Positions 39,300-51,961 of a stretch of DNA of 64,000 nt are shown piece after piece (the first letter of the stretch is position 1; every line of letters begins with the position of its first letter). The stretch is from Azolla caroliniana (taxonomy: Eukaryota > Plantae > Polypodiophyta), in NCBI GenBank assembly GCA_043228905.1, contig JBHGNT010000007.1, positions 7,502,001-7,566,000 of the forward strand, written 5' to 3'. Under the pieces are notes generated by a model. It was not told where the DNA came from and did no database searches. It saw only the letters and a list, made by a program, of their open reading frames with translations. The translations under genes were made by a program, and so were the position numbers.

Positions 39300-40700
39300 A
39301 TTGTAGCATGTCATTGCTACCGATAATCTATTTTGGAAATGTTATCAAGGAATGTAAATAATGGAGATATTGTGGGTTGACACTTTCCATCTAGATGTTC
39401 ACTTGTGGCACAAGCTTTATCTAATCCTCTTTCATGTTTTAAGAGCCTCACATAGAAAATCTTTAGAAGCAAATTAAAGTTATACGTTAGTTTTGATTTG
39501 GATTCAGGGCTACGTATTAATTGGAGGAAGTCTTGCATCATTTCTTGTATTGAGAAGGATTTGGAAAGTTTGGGATGGCAAGGGTCAATGATTGGAAAAA
39601 GCTCTTCGATATTGAAGGATCTATTGGAACTCTATGGTATGAGTGTCAAGTGAGTGAATTGCAAGTGAAATTGAGGGATAAATTTATGCGTGGAAATCAC
39701 AATCTTTGTTGTTTCGTGTACAAGTTAGAGTTGCGCAATGTATTGTTGAACCCATCGGTTCATATTATATACCATTGACATGGGCCAAAAAGGCTTTCCG
39801 TTCATCCTTGCAACTCTCTTTGATTTATATTTTGTGAGAATCACATGGATTGTTTGAGACTGTGAAGCAAACCCCTAAGTGATTAGTTGTGTCGCATTAT
39901 TGAATTTGCATATGCATGTAATTACTTGTCCATTTTCATTGTTACAACACTTCTTTCCCATCACAATCATGGATATTTATTCTATAATATTTCATTTCAA
40001 GGGAATTTGTAACATAGGCAAGGACTACGATCAAGGGATAATGGTAGCAAATGCTTAGTGGAAGTATTCTACTTAAAATTCCTTGCTCTTCATTCAATAG
40101 TCTCTAGGTAGAAAGTCCTCTCTTTATTTGAGAAACTATTGCCACCTAATGGAGAGCGGTGCAATTCCTCACAATGGGCATTATCTTGTGTACCCTCATT
40201 CGTCATATGTTGGCATGGAAAAGATTGATTGTGATCGAAGTTTAATTGCTTCCTTCGGTTGGGCATCATAGAGGTTCAAGATGTTTGCAATGCACAATCT
40301 CAAAGATTTTCGGAGTAGTTGAGGTCAGACCCTAATCGTGGGTTAATTTGGCAAATTTTGTAGAGTATATCATTGAAGCAACTTCCCTTTGCTATGTGTA
40401 TGGAAGAACAACATTGTTGGATTGATGTTGGCGCGGGTAGAACTCAAAATTTGCAAGTGACTACCAATAACCATCAAAGTTGGCATTCTGAAGTAGCATT
40501 TTAAACAAAGGTTCATTCAAAGAATGGTGATTGGCCATCTATATTTAGGAGCAACTATAAAGAGATGTGGATTGGCCATAGGTAATTGTTGCTTGCTACA
40601 TTTTCTTGTTAGGCAAGGTAAGAATATACAAGGATTTAAACTTCATATATATTTTACAAGGTTATTCAGACCACATCATTTATTTCATGATAGTTAGAGT
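39300..40700 (+). mobile_element. Highly decayed L1 ORF2 remnant of the same family as LINE #1/#2
   Basis: Nucleotide patches resemble 23260-24420, e.g. ATTAATTGGAGGAAGTCT, TTGAGGGATAAATTTATG and CAAAAAGGCTTT. Boundaries are approximate. Confidence 0.6.
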
Positions 40701-42729
40701 TTCCCACTTTCTAAAGACATCTATTGGAAGGTCAATTCTAAGGTTTGAAAATCATTTTATTATCCTTGAATGTGTTTTCAACCTCAAGAACAAAATGATG
40801 GTTGAATTGTAATAATCCGTCCTAACTAATGGGAAAGTAGCTTCATTTTGGAAAAAAAAATGATGGTTGAATTCTTGATGTTGAATTGCACAAAAATAAA
40901 GGATATAATGAGCTCTTTAATTGCATTGAATGATTATTTGTCCATATTATTACAGGACTAAAAGCACAAAGGTTAAATGGACATTAATTAGAGTCTAGAG
41001 TTGAGACTATCTACATGGGCATGTAATCGTGAGCTGGAGAGAATGCGTAAAAAATCACTCTTCTATGTAATTGTTTCATTTACTTTGATGAGATTATGCA
41101 ATAAGTCCACAATAGGACAAACAAGGAATGATTATGGAAATAATTATTTTGTTCTCTCAAAATTTATTGTCAAGAGTTTTAAGAAGTAATCTATCAATTG
41201 TTATGTGGGAAACCAATGTGCATACATTGGTTGCCACTCCATAAGCAGGGGAATGCAATTTCATTGGAAATATTACAATTCTAGTATAACTATTGACTTG
41301 TGTGGAAAGTGATGAGTAGAATATGATGTTTGCATGCACATGATCTCAATCATTAAACACGAATAATTCTTATAACCTACGAAACATCAAAAACCCATGT
41401 GACTTGACCACCTTAAGGTGGTGAAACTCACATATTTTACCATTGCACTACATACATCCTTAAAAAGCTAGCATTTACAATGTGTTATGGAATGGTTAAA
41501 ATATCTTTTCCTGTATCTTCTCGAATAAAGGAAATCACTACGCTTCGAAACTAGCACTACTTAGATCTCATGGGAATGTGAATGAAAAGTACATACATAT
41601 ATGTACGTGAGCATGTCAATGAAAGCAAAACTAAATACTTTTTCGTCAAAGTATTATGATTCGATCAATTCTTGCTTTAATGAGTTCAAACATGGACATG
41701 TGACATACCAACTTATCAAGCTTCCCAATAAGGTGCACATCTAAAGTTTTCAGCTACTAATAGAATAAAAAGACATCATACACGAAAAAGTGTACAAGGT
41801 GGCATTCGATGGAGTGATTTGAATCCCATCCAATCTACTGAACTTTTTCTTTTCTAACGTACATACATTCTTTTCCTTTTGCCACATTCTCCACGTTCGA
41901 TTTCTCCTCTACTCCATTGGGCTATATACAACATACTATGTTAGTCAGTCACTGTCTTTGCCAATGGCAAACCAACATAAATTATGAAGTGCTTTATCTT
42001 GTGATGCATTGATTCGTGGACAATAACTTTTGAGTTATCCATCACATGGACATGTTCGGATGCACACATTTCACGCATGGAAACGTTTAGGGTGCCATTG
42101 ATTTGTGGACAAGAAGAACTTCTCTGTTATCTCTCATCCCATGGATACGCTCACATTTTCTCTTCGGAGCTGAGAAAGCATTGAGAAATAAATTCATGTT
42201 GGGCCGGACAAAAATCTTGCTTGTCTGGATTGATGGGTTTTTGGCCCACTCAATAAAAATGCTCATTGTGAGTGAAAAAATGGGGGCCTATCCAACCCCC
42301 CCCCCCCCCCCCCCCAACCAAAATGCCCAACTGATTTGGAAAGTTCTTCTGGGCAATTTGGGTTCTGTTTTTTTATGTTGTTTTTCTGTTTTGGGCAATT
42401 TAGTTTATAGGTGGAGAATAGAAAAGCATCTCTGAGATTTTAAATTTTGATAGTGGAAATGGCATAGAATTGAATGGAGTCTTTGGAATTGAAGGAAGCC
42501 AAATGGAGTGTGGAGATTTTAAATATATAGACAGCTAAAAATATGTATATGTATGTATGTGAACTTTGAAGGGAAAAAAAAGGCTGTCTCTCTATAAGTA
42601 TATGTACATCCATCTTGATCAGTATCAAAAGCTTTCTGCTTTTTTTTAATTCTGGGACATTACCCAATCTCTCTCTCTCTCTCTCTCTGTCTGTCTGTAT
42701 AAACCCTCTGATCTGATTGAGTACATGCA

Positions 42730-43310
42730 ACAAGAGAAGAAGAAGAAGAAGAAGAAAAAGAAGAGGGAAAAGCAAAAATTGCTTATTTAACTTCATTGCA
42801 CTGTTTCTAGAAGAAGAAGAAGAAGAAGAAATACACTCACATTTGTGACTTCAATACTCTGTTTCCATAAAAAGAAGAAGAAGAACTTATACATAATTTC
42901 CTTACTCTGTTTCTAGAAGAAGAAGAACCAATACTCACATTTGTGACTTCAATACTCTGTTTCCAGAAGAAGAAGAAGAAGAAGAAGAAGAAGAAGAAGA
43001 AGAATACATAATTTCCTTACTCTGTTTCGAGAACAAGAAGAAGAGGAATACTCATACATAATTTCCTTACTCTGTTTCGAGAACAAGAAGAAGAGGAATA
43101 CTCATACATAATCTCATTACTTAGTGTTTCTACTAGAAGAAGATAAGAACAATCGGAAAACAAAAAAAATCTCATATACAGGAAAGAAAAACTGCCATAT
43201 CCTTTTCAGTAAGTTTTTGGAAGAAGAAGAAGAAGAAGAAGAAGAAGAGAAAATCTAATCTCATTACTCTGTTTCTAGAAGAAGAAGAAGAAGAAGAAGA
43301 AGAAGAGACC
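42730..43310 (+). repeat. (GAA)n-containing compound minisatellite upstream of the ARID-HMG gene
   Basis: Repeated TACTCTGTTTC(T/C)AGAAGAAG, ATACTCACATTTGTGACTTCAA and ATACATAATTTCCT modules; one exact 50-bp period near 43004-43110. Confidence 0.9.
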
Positions 43311-43796
43311 CAAATTGGCAAATGGTTATGGCATCTTGAAGCTCAGAATAGTAACATAAAAAAGAAGAAATAAGAAGGACCCAAATTGTCTCTGACTTTT
43401 AACTATGCTATGTTGATGTCAATACTGAAGCTTAGAAGAAGAAATAAGCAGAGTAATAAAGAACCCACGCTTCTTTTCTCTCTATCTTTGGCTATGGCCT
43501 TGGCAGTTTAAAGCCTAGAAGAAGAACAAAACCCACTTGTGTTTTTCATTCTGTTTTTTGCGATGGCGAGCTACGACATCATGAAGCGCAGAAGAATTTA
43601 ATACATAAATATCTTTTCTTTCTCATCCAGACTATATGACGATCGTATCTTCAAGATCAGAAAAGAGAAGGAAGGCAAATTATTAAGGTCTGTTTTCTTT
43701 TGGAATTTGGCTGTGGAGTAAGTAAATCTTCAATCACGGAACATTTATATTATATATGTTAAAAATTTTCTTTCGAATTCGATTGAAAGGAAAAAC

Positions 43797-46700
43797 ATGT
43801 CCCTAGAACGATATGAAGAAGAAGATCCTGAGACTTTCTTATCCCTCTCTGCACACACTTCTTCTGCGGGTATCAGACCGATTCCTTTCACACCTATGGC
43901 TGGAGTTTCCATGTCCAATGAGCTGGTGGGCCTGAACAGTCAAATGTTGATACCTGGTGATAGTGGCAAATGTGTTGATATCGAAACATCGCTTTCGCTT
44001 CAGCAACCCAATATGTATATGCAGGAGTCTCATCTTGATGGAAGCCATAACCTAAAAGAGAAAGAGAGAGAGAAAGATGATGAAGCAGTTGAAGAAGATC
44101 CAAAAGTTGAAGAGAGCCTTTACACTGCCAAATGTGAGAAGCATCCGACCCCGATGATCTTTTCTATGCAGAAGGAGTTGATGATTCAAATCTCTTCTTC
44201 AGAGTACATAGAAAACTCGGTGCATAATCTCTCTCATTCAGAAGATAAGTCTCTTGGCTCGACTTCCGAGCTTACTCCGGTCTCAACTCTATCTTGTTCT
44301 GTGGACCTTTTGCAGCAGGCCAAAAGTAGTCTGACTTGTCTTGGAGGAGCGGATGAAACCAACCCTAATTCCCCTAGAATTAACCCAGGTTTGCCTCAGG
44401 AGCAGAAGAATGAGGAGCTTTCAGGGTTTCTGATGCAAACCTGTATGGAAAAACTCCCCGTAATGCCAATAGCTCCAAATCATCGGCAATATGCAAGTGT
44501 TCTTCATTCGGAGGAAGAGGAGGCATCATCATGGCCACTCCAAGAAGCTCACTCTCCAACAGTGTCACAAGGTGTAACATCTCCTAAGGCTCCGATACCA
44601 TCTCCCAAAAATCCGATACCACATCTCGAGGCTCCGAGACCATCTCTACCTCTAGATCAGTTGTCATGGCATGATACAACCACTCTGGATCATCTTCCTT
44701 CAAGTTTGCATCTTTCTCTAGAGAAGAAGAGGCAGAGGATTTCATCACCGCCCCAACTGCAAGGGTCTTTCAAGCATCGCAAGTCGGCCTTCATGCAAGC
44801 ACTTCCATTTAAGGGTATAACAGATACATGTATGCTCACAAGGTCTAATGAAACAAAGGCTGAATCCTTGCAAAGAACATCGGAATCTATTCTCAACCCA
44901 CCTCGACAACATGTAGAATCTGTGGAGGTCCGCGACGAAAACCATGTTCTTTTTCGTGAGAGCATTATTTCAAATAAACCCTTTGACTTCAAAGGAGCAT
45001 CAGAAATACCAAAGACGAAGAATCCAATAGATCTTCAAGACCATCCGCAAGCACCTTTCCTGGTATCAGAATCATTGAAGCATCCTTCCCTAAAAGGTCA
45101 TCTGCTAACCTCTGTTGTCCAAGGTGCATCATTAGGTCTTCAAGACAAATTGATACCCCTTTTTCCTGATCATATTGTATCTTCGAATCAAGAACAAGTA
45201 CTTGTGGAAAATGATCACTCAGAACGAATTTATCCAGCTCCTCTTGCCACCCATGCCACCGTTATTGCAGATCAACAACTTTTCACAGAGACACTTCAAA
45301 AGCTACATGCTGCCATTGGTCTACAAGTGGAGTAAGTTTAAACTTACAGCATTAAATTTCTCATCAATAGCCTACATGTCCGTCCATTCAGTTAAACCTT
45401 CAAGCATTATTGTTTCTATCAATCATAATAAAACCCTCAGAATAGCAATCATGATCAATAGTTGTTTATAGTATGAATATCATGATGAATCCGTGAAATA
45501 TACCCTTTGCAAGATGTTTATATAAGGAAAGCCATGTATGTTTTAGGGTTCCGAAGATTGGAGAGGAAGTTCTGGATCTGCATAAATTGTACAAAGAAGT
45601 CACAGATTGCGGTGGATTAGAAAAAGTAAAGTTTTTTTTCAACACAACCTTTTATTGCTAATTAATCCAATATTCCCATAGATTTTATCATCTCATAAAA
45701 AACAACTTATTATTTTATCTTAATTCTCCGTAACAAGCCTAAGTTATAGGACTCTTTATTTCTAGGATGAGAGATCAATGATGATGTATCTAGAATGAAA
45801 GATCGATGATTATGTTGATACATGTGTTACATCTTTAGAATAAGAAATTGATGATGATGATGATGGTTTACATATCTAAAGTGAGGGATTGATGATAATA
45901 TTTGGATTTTATGGATTTTGAGCCTTTTATGTCTTGAATCGTAATTTCACGACTTTAGGTGACCAAAGAAAGGAAATGGAAAGAAATTGCTCGAGCAATT
46001 CAGTCCAGTGTTTTGGCCCCCTCACATGTCCTGAGGAGAACCTATGTCGACACACTTCATCACTACGAGCAAGTTTACTTTTTTGGTGTGAATGGCAAAA
46101 TCATTCCACCTCCTGGTAAAATCATTCTTTCCATCATGTGGGGTTTAGGACTTAGGGTTTAGGGTTTAGGGTTCAGATAAAAATTGAGCAATTTTATTTG
46201 AAACATTTTTCAAAAAATGCTCCAATTTTATGTATGTATGTCTCTGTATGTACGTTTGTGCGTGCATGTGTGTATGTATGTATGTCTATGCATGTATGTG
46301 TGTATGTATGTTCAGAAAGCAAGATTCCAAAAATAAAACAAAGTGTTTATTGGTGGGGTATGTGAATGATCATTTTCCACAGAGAGCCCCAGTCATTCCA
46401 AGGAAAAGGATGTGGAATCGTCTCAACAGAGTGTGGCAGGTGAAACCAAAAGTATGAAGTATAGAAGTTATGGAATAATCGATTCAGCGCAAGCTCTCGG
46501 AGGTTAATATATATGACACTGTTTTGTTTGCTTTGTTATCTGTTTGGTTTTTTGTATGTTTCACTTAATGGGGGCTTATAGCAAACCAAAGCACGGGTGC
46601 AAGTTGAACTCCCCAACTTTTTCTTGTTTTATTTCAGAATTAAGGCAAAAAGGCACCAAAATACTGAGTTTTTAAATTGTATTATAATACCCCCCATATA

Positions 46701-47747
46701 GTCATAACTCTTGTATAGAGAGGGATATCTGATCATTTTGAGAAAATAATTCAGAGTTACCGCATAAGGGTAGTCTGGCAATTTTTTTGAAAACCTAGGG
46801 GTATTCTTCCTTTTAGTTGCTACAACATAGGGGTATTCTACTGCAGTTGTTGCAACTGCAGGGGAAAATTCTGGTTATTTTTGAGAACTTGGTTTATTTA
46901 GAAAATTACCCAACAAGTTAGGGTATTCTGATGGTTGTCATATTTTCTTGACTTCTCATCATCAATCTGAAAGATGCCGATTTCTGTCTGTTTTGCATTG
47001 TTGTCTAGTGGATCCAGCCTCTTCAATTGGAACAGTGGTTACAGGTGCCATAGACGGGAAGTTCGAGAATGGATACTTAGTAACAGTGATGGTGGGAACA
47101 CGCAAAATGAGGGGAGTTCTCTACCATGTCAGCTCAAATAACACGGGCCCCCAAAATGCCTGTGTTCCTGGAATGATGCAAAGTGTCGGGCTGGACTTAA
47201 ACTTGTCCCATTTGACACCTATGACTATGGTTGGTCGGAAAAGGAAGAAAAATGAAGTGTTCCGGAAAGATCCGAATGCGCCTCGACAGAATCGGACGGG
47301 ATACAATTTCTTCTTTGCAGAGCAACGTGCGAAGCTTAAGACTGTCCAGCCTGATAAAGATAGAGCTATTAGCAAGATGATTGGGGAGCTTTGGAACAAG
47401 CTTTCAGAAGATGAGAAATATGTGAGTTAGCTTTCGCTAAAGACTGTCCAATCTGGTTTAGTTTTTTTTGTCTTTCTTTCCACAATGAACCAATGCAAAT
47501 AGACTTCGACAAAACATACAAAAAAAAACTAAAATAGACCTTGAAAAAACACATGACAAAAACATGGAAAAGGCTCTTTATTTTATTAAAACATTAAAAT
47601 TGCTTGGAAAAAAACATAAAAGGCTTTGTATTTGTTGAGTGTGCACAGCCCTATCAAGCGCAAGGTCTGAAGGATAAGGAGAGGTATGTACGGGAGATGA
47701 AGGAATACAAAGAAAAATCGAAGCGTCTCCCTCCAAGGTATCATTGA
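43797..47747 (+). CDS. ARID-HMG box DNA-binding protein (HMGB9/10/15-like), ~800 aa; exons 43797-45331, 45547-45625, 45959-46115, 46383-46502, 47009-47421, 47649-47747
   Basis: ARID (FTETLQKLH..VPKIGEEVLDLHKLYKEVTDCGGLEKVTKERKWKEIA..LHHYEQVYFF); plant linker VTGAIDGKFENGYLVTV..RGVLYH; HMG box DPNAPRQNRTGYNFFFAEQR..IGELWNKL..YQAQGLKDKERYVREM. GT-AG introns; 2403 nt in frame. Confidence 0.92.
46141..46174 (+). repeat. Short interstitial plant telomere-like (TTTAGGG)n tract in intron 3
   Basis: GGGTTTAGGACTTAGGGTTTAGGGTTTAGGGTTC. Confidence 0.75.
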
Positions 47748-49399
47748 AATCCAAGACAGAGCCATGATACCTCCTCATGTTCCAAATGTCATCCGATCTG
47801 GCTTAAGCTCATCAAAAACAATTTGATCGATGCGAATATACGAAACTTTCGTATCCCGTTGACCCAATGTAAATATGGCCAACGTTCACACATGGGAACT
47901 CTCATTTAGTACATCTAGCACTGCTTGTTCTATCTACTAGATGGCCTTGATGGTGCATCAGTTTCCTTGGTGGACACTTCCATGTGAAAATGGACACCTA
48001 AAGGCTGACACGACCAAACCACCAGTCTAATGCACAAGGCGTGAAATGGAAGAACACCTTCCAGTGGAACAATAGTATGATTAGAGAAATCTCTTCTCAC
48101 CGTTTTTGTAATGATGATGAAGATGGCAGTATATATATATATATTGTTTCTTGTTGCCTTTGTTTTAGCCTAGACTTGTAATGTACTCGTCATTTGATGG
48201 AAACCTCTTTTAGGGTTTTGAGTTCTTGTAAAAACTTCATTGATGCAATATTGTCATAAACATGGATGACGTTTTGTTTTGTGTAGCGTTGTGTTCTTTT
48301 TTGCCTTGTTTGGGTTGAGGGGATTTGTCTCTCACCCATGGTTAGAAGGCGAAGCTTCCTCATGATGTGCTTCATGTGAAACCTAACGATGGTAACGGAA
48401 TTAATGCAAATGTATAAAATGGCATACCATTGAAGAGGATCATGAATTGAGAGGATTGCCATATCCCTTTCATCCTTCAGCTATTTCAGAGTTGTGTGTA
48501 TTGTTTGTGAAAAAGGAACGACAAAGCAAACCAAGGATCTTAAGGTGAAACCTCTATTGGTTTTAAGTCATTCTATTTAAAGTTACATTTGAGCAATAAA
48601 ATGCAAGTATAAAATTTCGTTTAGATACTTTCTTGACAAGCCACTCCTTCATATCCTTCAAAGTCCAATTTGCAAGGAATTGAAATTAACTTTAAAGGCA
48701 ATATAGCGACAATTGTGTTATTTCTAAGGGTAGCATGCATTCCTTGAATCATAGATACTTTTACCATGTAAATAACACAAGCAAGTGTCCTTTGTGTGTG
48801 GCTTGGTAACAATCTGTTAAGGGGAGGAAAGCATTCTTGCTTTTGAGACACCATATTGTTACTTCATGACTATTGTTTCTTCAGGCAAGGACCCAACCCA
48901 TACGAGATGGCGTAGAAATGAGAATAAATAATTGCTCCCGTGTATGGTTCCCTTTCTTATGGACTCAAATGTAGCAGTCAATTAATTTGCAATAGATTGT
49001 GACAAAATATATTGGCATTGAATTTTTGTGGTTAGAAAACATTTGTCCTTTACATACGTAAGAGTTTTAATCATTGTCTTAATCATCATGCATACTATTA
49101 CAAAGTCATGGATTTTGTTTTTATCAAAATTTTCAATAGATACATGTTCATGTGATTCTCGATCTATTATTGAGATCTCATCAGACCTATTGCATGGAGA
49201 TATTGTTAATTTTTATTTGATTTTGTATTGCAATTTTTTTATTGAACATTGTCTTAGATATAGAGCTTATGGTTCTAGATCATTGACATTAGCTCAAATA
49301 TTCTTGGATCTTGTCACTTTGATTTGAACTCGTAGTATTGAACATATAAGTATTGTATCTCAGAAGTACAAAATTGAATGTCCGTTTTCTCATCAATAA

Positions 49400-49680
49400 C
49401 TTTATAGTGGATCGTGCATCAATAAGGGATGGTTATAGCGTCATATATGTAAAGTTGGATGAAGGATACTTGGTAACAATTATGGTTAGCACAAGCAAAA
49501 TGATGTCCTTGATGGCATATCGTCATATATGTAAAGTTGGATGAAGGATACTTGGTAACAATTATGGTTAGCACAAGCAAAATGATGTCCTTGATGGCAT
49601 ATCGCACTGCAAATCTCAAGCATTCCAAGTAAAGACAGAACAATCATCAAGAGAATTGTGGAGCATTTATAGCTTGTCAA
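49400..49680 (+). pseudogene. Decayed partial duplicate of ARID-HMG exon 5 with an internal 82-bp tandem duplication
   Basis: Translates VKLDEGYLVTIMVSTSKM versus GKFENGYLVTVMVGTRKM in the gene. Retains TAG|TGGATC acceptor context and a TAAAGACAGAACAATC patch like GATAAAGATAGAGCTATT. Confidence 0.75.
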
Positions 49681-50259
49681 AGGATATTTCCTCCAAAAAA
49701 AGTAAGTTGTACACCTAGTTTTTACAAAAAAGTTGCTAGAATCAACAATTGCTATAGTCTTTCTAGATTTTTTTATCACTTTTATAAGTAAGTTGTTAGG
49801 ATGTAGTCATTGGTTTACTGAATTGTTTATATTAGAAGAAAGATATGGAATGGTCATATGATGTTGCCAAGGTGGTGTAATGTTACCAAATTGTGAGATT
49901 GTAACATTATCAAGTAAGTACATACTCCATATAGCATTGTATAGCTTTTACAAAATCACTATGTTGACCTCGACCACATCACCCTTTTTCTTTCCTTGGT
50001 CCTACATGGGCAATTTTTTAGCTAGAAAAAGGGAACTAGATTAAACCATTCCAATTGAAACAATCCTATTCAAGCCTAATGGATTGCTTGTTCAATTTGG
50101 TGTGAATCAAGAACTTTATAATTGATTAAAATCTCTTGTTGCCTTGTTCCTAGTAAGCCTATAGAACCAAAACAAATTCTAAGTTACGCTCAAATCGAAG
50201 GATTCTTCATTAAAAATCATGCAACCAGAAACTATTTTGTCCTATCATCTAATTAATGA

Positions 50260-51086
50260 ATATTTGCTCCCTCTACACAAATTCTATCATTCATTGAGAA
50301 GGGATGGTATCATCATCTTGGAAAAATCCTATGTTGTTGCAATATGGTAAATGACCAAGGTCGTCTATTAGGCTTCAATGACATGACATGTCATTATAGT
50401 CTTGGGCCACATCATCGAGTTATATGGAATGAAGTCATAGAATTGGTACTTTCCTTAGTACATATGCCCCTTCTAGATGGAGATCACAAGATTCAGGATA
50501 GGATGTTGCAAAAAGGCAACATCGTTATTCCAATGGATAAGATTAGTATACATTCAATGTATAGGTTTCAAGAACATGCAAATGCATTGTAGCACCTACA
50601 CAAAACACACTCCAAGTGGAAAAACAGGCTTCCGAGCTTATAGAACTTTGGTATTCCACTTATGCAACATACATTCTTATGGAGATGCCTATTGGGTGTG
50701 CTCCCGACTAGGCCGAATCTTCAAAAGAGATCGGTAGCCTCACCACATTATGCACGATGTGGTGGACGATCAGAAACAACCCCACACTTATTATGGACTT
50801 GCTCATTCACTACAACATTTTTACAAAGACTTAGTGTATCTCTTTCTCATAGATTTCTTGGTCGAAGGTTTGGGAAACACTTTTGGCTATTTGGACAGAT
50901 TTAGCACACCCTATCCAGCAATGCCTATTTTCTCCAATGGACAAGATTTGGGGCACTTTGGACCATCTGGATGGCCCACAATAGTAAGGTCTTTGATCGA
51001 AACCATTTGCATGAAGTTAGCATCTTTAAGCAATCCCTCAAGCAGAGTGCTTCTAATCTCTTTAATGTCTAATCGACACTTGTATA
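50260..51086 (+). mobile_element. Decayed L1 ORF2 3' fragment (zf-RVT)
   Basis: FLWRCLLGVLPTRPNLQKR..RCGGRSETTPHLLWTC. Confidence 0.7.
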
Positions 51087-51333
51087 TGTGCGGAATAGTG
51101 CTCGGCCACAACCGAGTGTCAATCATACAATGGAAGAAACAGAAACCAGAAATGAGACGACACGGGATGTTAACGTGGAAAACCCTAATAGGGAAAAACC
51201 ACAGGAGCCAACAAACTCTAACTATCACTATGAGAGTAAAGGTACAATGGGAAACTCGGAGGCAACGACCTCGAGCTCTATCTTCGCCAACCAACGGTTA
51301 CAACAGAAAAGCTTTCTGTATCACTCACTCACT

Positions 51334-51961
51334 CTCTCCCACCCTCTCCAAACTATTAGATACCCCGGATATAAAGAGACTAGGTAGGTATATCTTAGAG
51401 CTCAAACAACATAGGGAGAAAAAATTACAAAGTGTTAACCATAACCCTTTTAATATTCATCAACATGTAACTAGTGTAATTTTTTAGGAACAAGGGGAGA
51501 CGATGAATGTGGATACACTTACGCCACCAGGCCTCTCTCATGAGGAAGAAGAAATGCAAAGAACAACCAAACGCCCTCGGATGTTGGGCTTCAAAACAAC
51601 TCGACGTGGAGTAGAAACGATTAAGAAGATAAGGGAACATGAGCTACGCCGACTAGAAGCTATGGTTGGGGTACCTTTTACATTGGGACCACGGACCACA
51701 TCCATATCGAAACCCTTTGACCTCCTACTTCTTTTCGAGAGACTTGGATGGAAATGAAACTAGGCCTAGTATAAAGCCATTTCATTGTAGAACATGTTTG
51801 TTATTTTACTAGAACTATTTAGATTAAGCTCTATTTTTATTTTATGCTATTTTTATTTTTACTTTTGATGAATAGCTAAATATCCCATTTTTGTTGTAAA
51901 CCAATTGTCTCATGGGCCAAATTTGGCCTTAGAAGACGTTAATATATCTTTCTTTCTTTCT
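51334..51961 (+). mobile_element. 5'-truncated copy of the RTE-like LINE inserted in the Copia B LTR
   Basis: Close match to 2213-2800, including the (TCTT)n tail; flanked by CT-rich sequence. Confidence 0.93.
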
